A stretch of DNA of 63,853 bases, the filler included, from Chiloscyllium plagiosum (lineage: Eukaryota), in NCBI RefSeq assembly GCF_004010195.1. It is 5 parts of 2 records of this genome, joined end to end, with 100 filler letters (N's around TTAATTAATTAA, not from the genome) between each part and the next. Parts side by side here need not be neighbours in the genome. Positions count along the whole stretch, not along the records: positions 1 to 27,855 come from NC_057710.1; positions 27,956 to 37,086 come from NC_057710.1; positions 37,187 to 53,532 come from NC_057710.1; 2 more parts are not named here. One strand, written 5' to 3'. The notes beneath the pieces were generated by a model that was given only the letters and a program-made list of their open reading frames with translations, did not search any database and was not told the origin of the DNA. Shown piece by piece: positions 25,905 through 37,949 of the stretch; within the stretch, counting starts at the first letter, position 1; each line of letters begins with the position of its first letter. The translations under genes were made by a program, and so were the position numbers.

Positions 25905-27290
25905 ATTGTAATGGCTGAGTGGAGGATATGCTGGGCGACGAGGTTACAGATTGTGCTGGAGTATAATTCTGCTGCTCTTGATGCCCTACAGTGCCTCTTG
26001 GATGCCCAGTTTTGAGTTGTGAGATCTGTTTGAAGTTTATCCTATTTGACATGATCATTGTGTCACACAACAAAATGAAGGATATTCTTGATGTAAAGTT
26101 AGGACTTTGTCTTCACAAGGACTGTGACTCTTGACTCTTCCCAATACTGTCATGGACAGATTCATCTGCAGCTGGAAGATTGGTAAGGATGAGGTCTAAC
26201 ACAATTTTCCCTGTTGTTAGTTGCCTTACCATCTGCCGCAGACTCAGTCTAGCGGCTCCTTCCTTTAGGACCCAACCAGCTTGATCAATAGTGCTGCTGC
26301 CGAGCCACTCTTGGTAATGGACATTGAAATGCCCCACCCAGAGTACGTTTTGTGTCCTTGCCTGCCTCTGTGTCTTCTCCAATTATTGTTCAACATGGAG
26401 AACTGATTCATTGGCCAAGGGAGGATGGTGCTGAAAATGTGTTGCTGGAAAAGCGCAGCAGGTCAGGCAGCATCCAGGGAACAGGAGAATCGATGTTTCG
26501 GGCATAAGCCCTTCTTCAGGCAGGCCCGAAACGTCGATTCTCTCACCTGCTGCGCTTTTCCAGCAACACATTTTCAGCTCTGATCTCCAGCATCTGCAGA
26601 CCTCACTTTCTCCTCAAGGGAGGATGGTACATAGTAATCACCATGAAATTTTCTTATCCATGATTAACCTGAAGGCATGAGACTTCATGAGGTCTGGACT
26701 TAATGTTGCAGACTCCTTGGACAATTCCCTCCCGACGATATACCACTGTGCCGCTGTTAGGTCTGTCCTGCTGGGTGGGACATGCTATATCCAATGATGG
26801 TGGTGTCTGGGACATTGCCTGTAAGGCTGTTGCTTGATGAGTCTGTGAAACAACTCTCCCAATTTTGGCACTAACTCCCAATGTTATTAAGGAGGACTTT
26901 GTAGGAATGACAGGGTTGTTTCTGCCATTATCATTTCCAGTGCCTAAATTGATGCCACGTGGCTGGACTGGTTTCATTTCTTTCTTGAGACTTCATATGA
27001 TTTGTACAACTGAGTGGCTTGCTAGGCCATTTCAGAGAGCAGTTGATAGTCAAATTTATTGCTATCGGTCTGGAGTTACACGTGGACCCAACCAGGTGTG
27101 GTGAGCAGATTTCCTTCTGTTAGTGAGCCAGATGAGTTTTTTTCTCTGATAATTGATAATGGTGTCATGGACATCAGTAGATTCTTAATTCCAAATTTTA
27201 TTTTTAGAATTCACGTTCCACCACCTGCTGTTGCAGGATTCGAATGCAGGTCTCCAGAACATTACTTGAGTGTCTGCATTAAAAATCTAG
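25905..27290 (-). mobile_element. LINE 5' part: SINE-like head joined to APE endonuclease
   Basis: ORF 26113..26382 (NVLWVGHFNVH...LDLILTN...SIGKS) and ORF 26654..26977 are endonuclease remnants; non-coding head at 27060-27290. Confidence 0.75.
26416..26628. mobile_element. Hairpin Penelope-terminus insertion with 14-bp TSD and hammerhead core
   Basis: TSD caagggaggatggt at 26416-26429 and 26615-26628; arms gctgaaaatgtgttgctggaaaagcgcagcaggt / acctgctgcgcttttccagcaacacattttcagc; minus strand reads CTGAAGA-A-GGGC-TTAT-GCCC-GAAAC. Confidence 0.85.
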
Positions 27291-27294
27291 CGAT

Positions 27295-27855
27295 GGGGGG
27301 ATCCAAGATGGCGGCGACCCAGTAAGACTGAGTCTATAGTGCTCCTCCCAAGACTTGGGCACAGTGGGTCACCTACCCCCTACCAAGCTCACCAAATCAT
27401 TTATAAATCATTTATAATAGTTTAGTAACTGAATTAGTGGTGTAATATTATATTTAAGCAACTTTATCCTAAGTAAAAATGACTAAAGGGAAGGGAGCCC
27501 GCAGCTCTCAGCAAGCAGGAACCCCTCCCCCACACTCTCCAGCTGCAGCAGAGGCGTCCACAGCCGCCCCGGGAGACTTACCAACAGTAGCAAGTCTTGC
27601 AGAAATGCTTTCCAAGCTTGACTCGAAGATCGATGCCTTTATCGTCAAATCCAGAAATCGTTGGGAGTCGCTCTCGGCCGCGCTGAAGAAGCACGACCGT
27701 GAAATTGAAGAAATTCAACGCCGAGTCGGAGAGGCGGAGCTAAAGGCCGCGACCTCAGAGACAACCGCTCAATCGGCCGTGGATCAGGTCCGGACTCTCG
27801 AGCAGCGAGTCCGGACCTTGGAAAATCATATTGACGACCCCGATAATCGAGGTCG
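27295..27855 (+). mobile_element. L1-clade LINE 5' end: 5' UTR and ORF1 N-terminus, cut off by a gap
   Basis: G-run followed by caagatggcgg (YY1-like motif typical of L1 5' ends). Uninterrupted ORF from 27479 with a coiled-coil ending LENHIDDPDNRG, like the L1 ORF1 DLENRSRR motif; CpG-rich. Confidence 0.8.
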
Positions 27856-27955
27856 NNNNNNNNNNNNNNNNNNNNNNNNNNNNNNNNNNNNNNNNNNNNT
27901 TAATTAATTAANNNNNNNNNNNNNNNNNNNNNNNNNNNNNNNNNNNNNNNNNNNN
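27856..27955. other. Artificial contig join (44 N + TTAATTAATTAA + 44 N)
   Basis: Identical 100-bp spacer also at 37087-37186, 53533-53632 and 61123-61222. Confidence 0.97.
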
Positions 27956-28115
27956 GCCAACTTTAAGTACATTTAAGTCGTCATTGGACAAACATATGGA
28001 CGTACATGGAATAGTGTAGGTTAGATGGGCTTCAGATTGGTATGACAGGTCGGCGCAACATCGAGGACCGAAGGGCCTGTACTGTGCTGTAATGTTCCAT
28101 GTTCGATGTTCTATA
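27956..28115 (+). mobile_element. CR1 LINE 3' tail
   Basis: gtcggcgcaacatcgaggaccgaagggcctgtactgtgctg...gttccatgttcgatgttcta. Confidence 0.8.
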
Positions 28116-29202
28116 TGGTCCAACTGAATGAAGCACTCCCTGATAACTTGGAAAGACTCACCCTCACCCTGATGACAGGTTGAAGTCAGCACAGAATGGT
28201 CTGGATTTTCATGGAGCCAAGGGAAGCATCATGGTGTTGTGAAAGTGGCATCCAGTACTGATTTTGGAATTGCTTAGTCTATTGCTGGGGTTTCTGTTTC
28301 TCACCCGTGTGGGTTAAGCGTTCTCAGTCACAAGCCCTGAAACTGCATTCTCAACCTGACTGGGATTATTGCAGGGATAGATAAGTCGCAGTCATTCATA
28401 ATTTTAAGAACTCCTAGTTCATGGGTACCTTGAAAGTGCATGAGAAATCAGGGCCTCTTTAAAAACTGAAGTTTTCAAGTTATGTTCAGTGTAGCATATG
28501 TGTTCGTGAGACTGCTACTACAGTGTTCCATCCTTTTGCCAAACATAAACAATTGCTAACAAACAAGAACAAAAAAAAGGTGACAACAAAGGCCAATAGG
28601 ACCATTCTGACCACTATGTTCCATAAGCTGATGTCAAATAACTATCTACATGCAGCCTAATATCAATGCAGCGCTGAGAAAAATAAAGGTTTTGTTCAAA
28701 GAACATGTAGAAATTAACCTTATAAATGAAAGTGAGTAGTGGTATCCTGAGTCTTTGTCCAATGTCCATTAGCTAGAAGAATTAAAGAATTATTTGATAC
28801 AATGTGAACTACCTTCCCCAAGGAATTAGATAAATCATCAATTTTGGAGGGCAGTGCTTCTGGCAGGCACCTGTTCATTCAGATGGAAGTTGGACCACAA
28901 GAAGAAGAGAAAGACACAGTTTTGAGTTCCCTTACAATTCACCCAGAGAACAGGATATGCTTGTGCTAAATGTCTGTTCATCCTCCCATTTCAATGAACC
29001 ATCTGCAAATGTTATGGGTTGTATAGATGTTCCTGCCTAATTAACTAATGTATCATGTCTAAAGTGCTGATGCACAACAAATGTAATAAACAAACTGAAT
29101 TTTTTTTTAGGAATGGTCGATTGCCTATTTTCGCTAACTGTGACTCTGAATCCAAAATTTAAAAGATTTAAAATCTAAAAGATGACATGAACCATGGTCT
29201 GG

Positions 29203-29370
29203 GCGAAAGTGAGGACTGCAGATGCTGGAGGTAAGAGTTGAGTGTGGTGCTGGAAAAGCACAGCAGGTCAGGCAGCATCAGGAATTCCTGATAAGGGGTT
29301 TTTGCCCAAAATGTCAATTTTCCTGCTCCTCGGATTGTGCCTGACCTGCTGTGCTTTTCCAGCACCACCT
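29203..29370. mobile_element. Hairpin Penelope-terminus fragment with decayed hammerhead core
   Basis: ggtgctggaaaagcacagcaggtcaggca / tgcctgacctgctgtgcttttccagcacc inverted arms around ggaattcctgataaggggtttttgcccaaaa. Confidence 0.7.
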
Positions 29371-30189
29371 TTATAGAATCAATGAAACCTATAGTGACAA
29401 TATGATGTGTCAAGAAAAAAAGCTCTAAAAAGTCATGATTCATAACTTGCCATGACTTTAAAAAAGGTTCTAATCAGTAAATGACAATAAAAAATGTCCT
29501 TACCCTGACACTTTAAAGAGTCAATAGCTTAAACTGCAAGACGTTGAAACCTCTTTATCTTGTGTAGTTAAACATTGTACAATTGACAGAATAGACCAGA
29601 AAACCGGAGCTATCAATCAAGCAATTTTTCCCCTGGGACTCAGCTGTTCAACACTCTCATGGAGGCCTGGGCTCTCAGCTTTATTGTACATTCTTGGCTG
29701 CCTACAAACACTTTTCAGGGTCAATGAACCCAAGTTTTGCGAATACCCACTCCACAAATGAGAACCCAATAATCATGAGCACTTTTTCAAAAATTGGAAA
29801 ATTTCCAATTCCCACTATCCACTTTAAAGATGCGAATCCAGCCTTTGGTGTAGATGCAAAGGGCCCATACTTTGCTTGATGCTGTCAAACACGATGATAG
29901 TCATCAAGATGAGGGTTGCATTTGGTTAACCGTTCCCCTCCTTTGTTTACAGATCTGTACCTTGTGCTTCTGAAAAAGGTGTTTTTTTAACTTATAGGCA
30001 GAGTGGAAGAGAGCTCAGATGGCATCAGAAAGTGTGCAGGAATGGGATCTGGCCTAAACCTGTGCCTCACACACCAATATCTAAAATGCCTTGCACCATG
30101 AAGACCAGGTTCTCATCTGATATTCAAGATGACCAAGGATTGGTCAGACAAGTTCCAAAACAACATGACACTCTGTTACACAGTTTATA

Positions 30190-30950
30190 TGCCACCTGGC
30201 ATTGACCTAGGCACTGGAAATGAAATCAACAAAAACAGTCCTGTTGACCCTGCAAAGTTCCTTTACCAACACTTGGGGGTCTGTGTCAAAATTGGCAGAG
30301 ATGTCTCACAAAGTAGTCAAGCAACAACCTCATATAGTCATACTCACGGAATCATACCTTACAATGTCCCAGCCATTACCATCACCATCCCTGGATACGT
30401 CTTGTTCCACTTCCGGCAGAGTTGCAGAAAGTGGTATTACAGTCTGAGGGAATTACTCTGGGCGTTCTCAACATTGACTTGGAGAGGATTCAGGAGAGAT
30501 TTACCAGGATGTTGCTGGGTATGGAAGGTTTGAGTTATTAAGAAAGTCTGGATAGGCTGGGACATTTTTCACTGAAGTGTAGCAGGTTGAGAGATAACCT
30601 TATAGAAACTTATAAAATAATGAGAGGATAGATAGAGTTAATGGTAGTTGTCTTTTGCCTAGGATAGGGGATTTCAAGGCTGGGGGTAGATTTTCAAGAT
30701 GAGAGGAGACAGGTTTAAAAAAAGACACGAGGGGAAAATGTTTTACACAGAGGGTGGTTCGCATGTGGAATGAACCTCCTGAGGAAATGGTGGATGTGTG
30801 TACGATTACAATGTTTAAAATACATTTGGGTAGATACATGAATAGGTAGGGTTTGGAGTGATAAGGGCCAGCAGCAGGCAGGTGGGACTAGTTTAGTTTG
30901 GGATTATGTTCAGCATGGATAGATTGGATTGTATGACTCTATTACTGTAT
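30190..30950 (+). mobile_element. LINE endonuclease fragment (30190-30480) followed by a CR1 3' end (30480-30950)
   Basis: KQQPHIVILTESY in ORF 30220..30447, then the CR1 C-terminus and tail. Confidence 0.75.
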
Positions 30951-31554
30951 GATTCAGTCTCCATGAAGTCTCATGGCATTAGGTTAAGCATGGACCATGA
31001 ACCTAGAATCCTTACAGTGTGGGAAGCAGCCATTCAGCCCATTGAGTCTGCACCAACCTTCCAAAGAGGGTCATGGAAGCATGAATCAAGCTTTAGCTTG
31101 TGCTAAGGTTTACTGGAACATAGCAGCAGGCCTATGACAAACATTATTGGCCAAGGAACAACAGCGGTATGCAGGAGTGGCAAGCAATTGGAAACTCACT
31201 GTTATTTTTGGGGACGTTGGTGCGAGACTCAGCGTTGCTCAAGAAACAGCATCTCATTTTCTAGCTGGGAACCATGTAGCCTCAAGGGCTCAACATTGAG
31301 TTCAATAACTTAGAAGGCTGAATCTGTCCTTTTATGTTCTGTACCCTCCTCCACATCTTATTCCTGTCATGACAGGGGTTGCTTTCAGCACAGCCAATCA
31401 TACAGTGTGGAAAGAGGCCATTTAGCCCATTGGTTCAGTACTGACCTTCCGAAGTGCCTCAGTCCCCTAACCTCTCCCCATAATCCCACAATTACCTCGG
31501 TTAATCCACCTAGCCTGCACATCCATGCTGATGATTGCGCAGAGGAAGATGGTT

Positions 31555-32280
31555 GTAGTTCTTGGAGGTCAGAGTCAAGAGTGTGGTGCTGGAAAAGCAC
31601 AGAGGTCAGGAAGCATCCGAGGATCAGGAGAGTCAATGTTTCAGGCAAAAGCCCTTCATCAGATATGAGATTGTGCGCCAAGAGGAGGTGAGATAAATGG
31701 GAGGGAGGTGGGGCTGGGGGGAAGGTAGCTGAGAGTGCAATAGGTAGATGGAGATGGGGAAATGGTGATAGGTCAGAGAGGAGGGTGGAGTAGATAAGTT
31801 GGAAGGAAAATGGACAGGCAGGACAGGTCATTAGGGCGGTGTTGAGTTGGATGTTTGGATCTGGGATAAGATGGGGAGAGGGGAAATGAGGAAACTGGTG
31901 AGATCCACATTGATGGGTTGGAGGGGTCCCGAGGTGGAAGATGAGGCATTCCTGTTACTTCTTCCAAAGTGAACTATCTCACACTTTTCCACATTAAACT
32001 CCATTTGCCACTTCTCAGCCCAGCACTGCATCTTATCCATGTCCCTTTGTAACCCACAACATCTTTTAGCACTATCCACAACTCTGCCTACCTTAGTATC
32101 ATCCGCAAACTTACTAACCCAAGCTGAGGCGTTCTTTCTCCAGGTGTCGGGTGGTTAGGGAGTGGCGGTGGAGGAGGCCCAGGACCTGCATGTTCTTGGT
32201 GGAGTGGGAGGAGGTTTTGAAGTGTTCAGCCACGCGGTGGTGGGGTTGTTTGGTGTGGGTGTCCTGGAGATGTTCATTTG
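31555..32280 (-). mobile_element. Penelope-like element 3' part, with a CR1 fragment (~31950-32121) inside it
   Basis: Reverse complement homologous to the 3' part of the Penelope copy (41190-41250 plus 41560-41995); hammerhead core on minus strand at 31639-31662. Confidence 0.75.
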
Positions 32281-32289
32281 TTGTTGAAG

Positions 32290-32698
32290 GTCAGTCAACT
32301 CAGCTCCAGGATCTCTGCAGGGTACCTCTGGATAGTGTCCTAGGCCCCAACCATTTTCAGCTGCTTTCATCAATGACCTTTCCTCCATCATAAGGTCAGA
32401 AGCAGGGATGTTCACTGATGATTGCACAATATTCAGCACGATTTGCAATTCCTCAGATACTGAAGCAATCCATGTTCAATTGCAGGAGGACCTGGGCAAT
32501 ATCCAAGTTTGAGCTGACAATATTCAAGCCACACAAATGCCAGGCAATAGCCACTCCCTCGACTGTCAATGGTGTTATCATCATTGAATCCCCTACTATC
32601 AATATCCTGGGGGTTACCATTGACCAGAAACTCAATTGTACTCGCCATATAAAGATAGTGACTACAACACCATGTCAGAGGCTAGGAATACTGCAATG
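32290..32698 (+). mobile_element. LINE RT fragment
   Basis: VLGP and atgttcactgatgat (MFTDD) remnants; ILGVTIDQKL in ORF 32418..32699. Confidence 0.7.
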
Positions 32699-32994
32699 AA
32701 GGTGGTTATTAAAATCATTGCAAACTCTGGCAAGTTCTCAAGTGATAGAAGCATCAAGGAGTATACCAGAGAGTTCTGGGGGTGTTGCCTTCTTTTGTGA
32801 AAATGCCTCCTCTTAATGAACCCAAGGCTTTGTTTGTTAAGTGGCTATGAGTAACAAGACAGACAATGTACGTAATCTGTGTTTTTGTTAAAAACTCTGT
32901 ATATGTCAGATTTATGTTTATTATGTAAATGCCCTTGCAATAATTTTTGTCTTTATAAATACACTTGCAATAACACTATGATGTTGTGACCATA

Positions 32995-35680
32995 ATGGGG
33001 GAGGAGGTGGGAAGAGAAGGGGGTGTAGCATTGCGAATCAAAGAGTGCATCGCAGCTACAGAAATGAAGATTGTCGAGGAAGGTTGTCTACTGAGTTAGT
33101 ATGGGTGGAAGTTAGGAACAGCAAGGGAGTAGCCACCACATTGGGGGTCTTCTACAGACCCCCTAATAGCAATAGGGAGATTGAAGAACTAATTGGCTGG
33201 TAGATTTTGGAAAAATACAGATGTAGCAGGGTTGTTATTATGGGAGACTTCAACTTTCCCAATATTGACTGGAACCTCCTTAGTACAGATGGTTTGGATG
33301 GAGCCATTTTTGTCAGGTGTGTTTAGGAGGGAGTCCTTACTCAGTATGTAGACAGGCTGACAAGGAGAGAGGCCATTTTGGAGTTGGTGCTCGGCAATGT
33401 GCGAGGACAGGTGACAGACCCCGCGGTGGGAGAACACTTTGGTGACAGTGACCACAACCACCTCACATTTACATAGACTTGGAGAGGGAAAGGAGCAGTT
33501 ACCAAGGGGAGATATTTAATTGGGGAAAAGAAAGTTAAGACGGTATCAGACAAGAGTTGGGAAGTACAGATTGGGAGCAATTGTTCCACAGAAATGCCAC
33601 AATAGACATGAAGAAATTGTTTAGGGAACAGTTGTTGTGAGTGATGCATAAATTTGTGTCTCTGAGACAGGCAAGAAGGGGTAAGATTAAGGAGCCTTGG
33701 ATGACAAGAACAGAGGAGCTTCTCATCAAAAGGAAGAAGACTGCTTGAATAAAGTGGAGGAAGCAAGGATCTAGCACAGCTTTAGAGGACTACAAGCTTG
33801 CTAGAAAGGAGCTCAAAAATGGACTGAGGAGAGCCAGGAGAGGGCACAAAAAAGGCTTGGCAAGAAGGATTAGGGAGAACCCAAAGGCATTTTACTCATA
33901 CATGAGGAATAAGAGAATGATCAGGGAGAAGGTAGTGAACTTGTGCGTGGAGTCTGAGCAGATAGGGGAAGCCCTAAATCAGTTTTTTGTTTCAGTTTTC
34001 ACTAACAAAAGGGACCTTGTTGTGAATGAGAACTTTGAGGAGCCGGGAAACAGGCTTGAACAGATTCAGATTAAAGATGTTGATGTGCTGGAAATTTTGG
34101 CAAACATTAAGATTGATAAGTCCCCAGAGCCAGACCAGATTTATCCTCGGTTGCTCCGGGAAGTGAGAAAGGAGGATGCAAAGCCGCTGGCGAGGATATT
34201 TGCCTCCTCACTCTCCATTGGAGTTGTACCAAAGGATTGGAGGGAGGCAAATGTTATTCCTCTTTTCAAGAAGGGTAATAGGAAAATCCCTGGCAATTAT
34301 AGACCAGTCAGTCTTATGTCCGTGATCAGCAAAGTTTTGGAAAGAATTCTAAGGGATAAGATTTATGACTATTTGGAAAAGCATAACATGATTAAAAGCA
34401 GTCAGCATGACTTTGTGAGGGGCAGGTCATGCCTCACAAATTGTATTGAGTTCTTTGAGGAGGTGACGAGACAGGTCGACGAAGGTTGAGCAGTGGATAT
34501 GGTGTATATGAACATCAGCAAGCTATTTGATAAGGTTCCCCATGGTAGGCTCATGCATAAAGTCAGGAAGTATGTGATACAGGGAGATTTGGCTGTCTGG
34601 ATTCAGAATTGATTGGCTGACAAAAGGCAGACAGTGGTTGTAGATGTAAAGTATTCTGCCTAGAGGACAGTGGTGAGTGGTGTCCCATAGGGCTCTGTTC
34701 TTGGGCCTCTATTCTTCATAGTTTTTATGAATAACTTGGACGAGGAGGTTGAGGGATGGGTTAGTAAGTTTGCTGATGACACAAAGGTTGGAGGTGCAGT
34801 TGAGAGTATCGAGGGCTGTTGCAGGCTGCTGCGTGACATTGACAGGTTGCAGAGCTGGGCTGAGAAATGGCAGATGGAGTTCAGCCTGGATAAATGTGAA
34901 GTGATGCATTTTGGAAGGTCGAACTTGAATGCTGAATATAGGATTAAAGACAGGATTCTTGGCAGTGTGAAGGAACAGCAGGATCTTGATGTTCAAGTGC
35001 ATAGACCCCTCATAATTGCCACCCAAGTGGATAGAGTTGTTAAGAAAGCATATGGTGTTTTGGCTTTCAATTAACAATGGGATCAAATTTAAGAGCCACG
35101 TGCTTTTGCTGCAGCTCTACAAAACCCTGGTGAGATCACACTTGAAATATTGTGTCCAGTTCTGGTTGCCTTATCATAGGAAAGATGCGGAGGGTTTGGA
35201 GAGGATGCGAAGAAGGTTTACCAAAATGCTGCCTGGACTGGAGGGCTTGTCTTATGAAGAGAGATTGACTAAGCTGAGACTTTCCTCTCTGGAGAGAAGG
35301 GGGAAGAGGGGTGACCTCATCAAGATATGCAAGGTAATGAGAAGCATGGATAGAATCAATAGCCAGAGACTTCTCCCCAGGGCAGGATTGACTGCCATGA
35401 GGGGTCATAGTTTTAAGGTGTTAGGAGAAAGGTGTAGAGGAGACATCAGAGGTAGGTTCTTTGTGCAGAGAGTTGTGAATGCATAGAATGTGTTGCCATC
35501 GGTGGTGGTGGAAATAGAGTCATTAGGGACATTTAAGCGACTGCTGGACATGCACATAGACAGCAGTAAATTGAGGGGTGTGTAGGTTGTTATTTTATTT
35601 TAGATTAGGATTAATCCTTGGCACAACATCGTGGGCCGAAGGGACTGTTCTATGCTGTATTTTTCTATGTTCTATGTTAT
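32995..35680 (+). mobile_element. CR1 LINE, near-complete degraded ORF2 (EN + RT) with 3' tail
   Basis: YRPPNS/GDFN endonuclease; ORF 33857..34489 (WREANVIPLFKKG...NYRPVSL); ORF 34727..35074 (SKFADDTK); ORF 35016..35486; tail ttctatgttctatg. Many stops. Confidence 0.93.
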
Positions 35681-35804
35681 TAAAATGTATTTAAGCGAAA
35701 CGTTATTTGATGTCTGTTACCCAATTCTGCTTAATTTTCAAAATTGGATTTCTTTAACACAATTATGGATTTGTCTATTCCTCAAAGGGTTAAGATTTTG
35801 AGCC

Positions 35805-36205
35805 TGCTCACTTCTTGACTCCCCAAAGCCTATCCAACATCTACAAGGCACAAGTCAGGAGTGTGGTGGAATACTTCTCATTTGCCTGAATAAGTGTGTC
35901 TCCAACAAAACTGAAAAAGCTCGACACCATCCAGAACAAAGCAGCCCACTTGCTTGGCACCATATCCACAAGCATCCAAGCACACCATCCCTGACACTCA
36001 GTAGCAGCAGACTGTACTATCTGCAAGATGCACTGCAGCAATTCACCTATGCTCCTCAGACAACACCTTCCAAGCCGACAACCACTTACATCTTGAAGGA
36101 CAAGGGCAGCAGATAAATGGGAAATGACCAAGTTCTTCTCCAAGCTACTCACCATCCTGACTGGAAAATATTTCACCGTTCCTTCACAGTTGCTGGGTCA
36201 AAATG
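35805..36205 (+). mobile_element. LINE 3' region (same family as 17430-17790)
   Basis: IYKAQVRSVVEY-like coding, and caagatgcactgcagcaattcacc shared with ~17446. Confidence 0.7.
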
Positions 36206-36529
36206 AACTGTCAGTGGATTGGAACAATAGGCAGTGAGGGTTTCAATGTTTAAGGAGGTTTTGACCTGAATGCCTCCAATCCCTGAGATTGTGAACCAAT
36301 CTTAATCCTGAGTCATTTCTGCCAGTCTCAGTAAAAAGTTTGTTTCATCAAATGAACAACAGGAAAAAACGGACACCCTGCTTACCTCCAGCTTGTTGAA
36401 AAGATCGAACCATTGATGTTTATGTGGGACAGTTGCATACAACTGCAGATTCCTCCACATAAATTAATTTGGGCAGCAGATTTATCATGTAGGTGAGAGA
36501 TATCATGTTCAAGGCTTTCTCGCAGTTCA

Positions 36530-37835
36530 AACTACTCTTGGGAAATAAGGCAGGGTAGGTGACTGAGGTGTCAGTGGAGGAGCACTTTGGGGCCAGCAAC
36601 CATAATTCTATTCATTTTAAAATAGTGATGGAAAAGGATAGACCAGATCTAAAAGTTAAAGTTCTAAATTGGAGAAAGGCCAATTTTGAAGGTATTAGGC
36701 AATAACTTTCAAAAGCTGATTGGAGGCAGATGTTCGCAGGTAAAGGGACGGCTGGAAAATGGGAAGCCTTCAGAAATGAGATAACAAGAATCCAGAGAAA
36801 GTATATTCCTGTCAGGGTGAAAGGGAAGGCTGGTAGGTATAGGGAATGCTGGATGACTAAAGAAATTGAGGGTTTGGTTAAGAAAAAGAAGGAAGCATAT
36901 GTCAGATATAGACAAGATAGATCGAGTGAATCCTTAGAGGAGTATAAAGGAAGTAGGAGTATACTTAAGAGGGAAATCAGGAAGGCAAAACGGGGACATG
37001 AGATAGCTTTGGCAAATAGAATTAAGGAGAATCCAAAGAGTTTTTACAAATATATTAAGGACAAAAGGGTAACTAGGAAGAGAATANNNNNNNNNNNNNN
37101 NNNNNNNNNNNNNNNNNNNNNNNNNNNNNNTTAATTAATTAANNNNNNNNNNNNNNNNNNNNNNNNNNNNNNNNNNNNNNNNNNNNCAGCAGGAAACATG
37201 TTTCCGCTAATGGGTGAGTCCCGAATCAGAGGACACAGCTTAAAAATACGGGGTAGACCATTTAGGACAGAGATGAGGAGAAACTTCTTCACCCAGAGAG
37301 TGGTGGCTGTGTGGAATGCTCTGCCCCAGAGGGCAGTGGAGGCCCAGTCTCTGGATTCATTTAGGGCGGCACGGTGGCACAGTGGTTAGCACTGCTACCT
37401 CACAGCGCCAGAGACCCGGGTTCAATTCCCGACTTAGGCGACTGACTGTGTGGAGTTTGCACATTCTCCCCGTGTCTGCGTGGATTTCCTCCGGGTGCTC
37501 CGGTTTCCTCCCACAGTCCAAAGATGTGCAGGTCAGGTGAATTGGCCATAGTGTTAGGTAATAAAGGGTAAATGTAGGGGTATGGGTGGGTTGCGCTTCA
37601 GTGGGTTGGTGCGGACTTGTTGGGCCGAAGGGCCTGTTTCCACACTGTAAGTAATCTAATCTAAAAAAAAAGAGTTGGATAGAGCTCTCAAAGATAGTGG
37701 AATCAAGGGTTATGGAGATAAGGCAGGAAGAGGATACTGATTAGGAATGACAAGCCATGATCATATTGAATTGCGGTGCAGGCTCGAAGGGCTGAATGGC
37801 CTACTCCTGCATCTATTGTCTATTGTCTAATGTCT
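36530..37835 (+). mobile_element. CR1 LINE segments on either side of a contig join, with an HE1 inserted in the 3' part
   Basis: ORF 36730..37134 (IKENPKSFYKYI) and ORF 37198..37389 (RRNFFTQRVVAVWNALP); (TATTGTC)n tail. The two sides may be different copies. Confidence 0.85.
37364..37663 (+). mobile_element. HE1 / V-SINE
   Basis: gggcggcacggtggcacagtggttagc... through gtaatctaatcta. Confidence 0.93.
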
Positions 37836-37949
37836 AACTAGCCTATCACAGTGCACTACCATTATCTGTTACTGGAGCCCTGTAATATGACCCCAGGCAT
37901 GCATTACAACACTAAATTCACTACATAACTGCCAGAGTAACCTCCATAG

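Noticed and set aside
27856..27955. TTAATTAATTAA palindrome recurring four times inside N runs
   Set aside because: Identical 44N+12+44N layout at four sites with stops in all six frames: an artificial contig spacer, not biology.
29930..30190. Two acceptor-like pyrimidine tracts and ORF 30129..30533
   Set aside because: The ORF runs into LINE endonuclease and CR1 sequence; no consistent exon could be defined.
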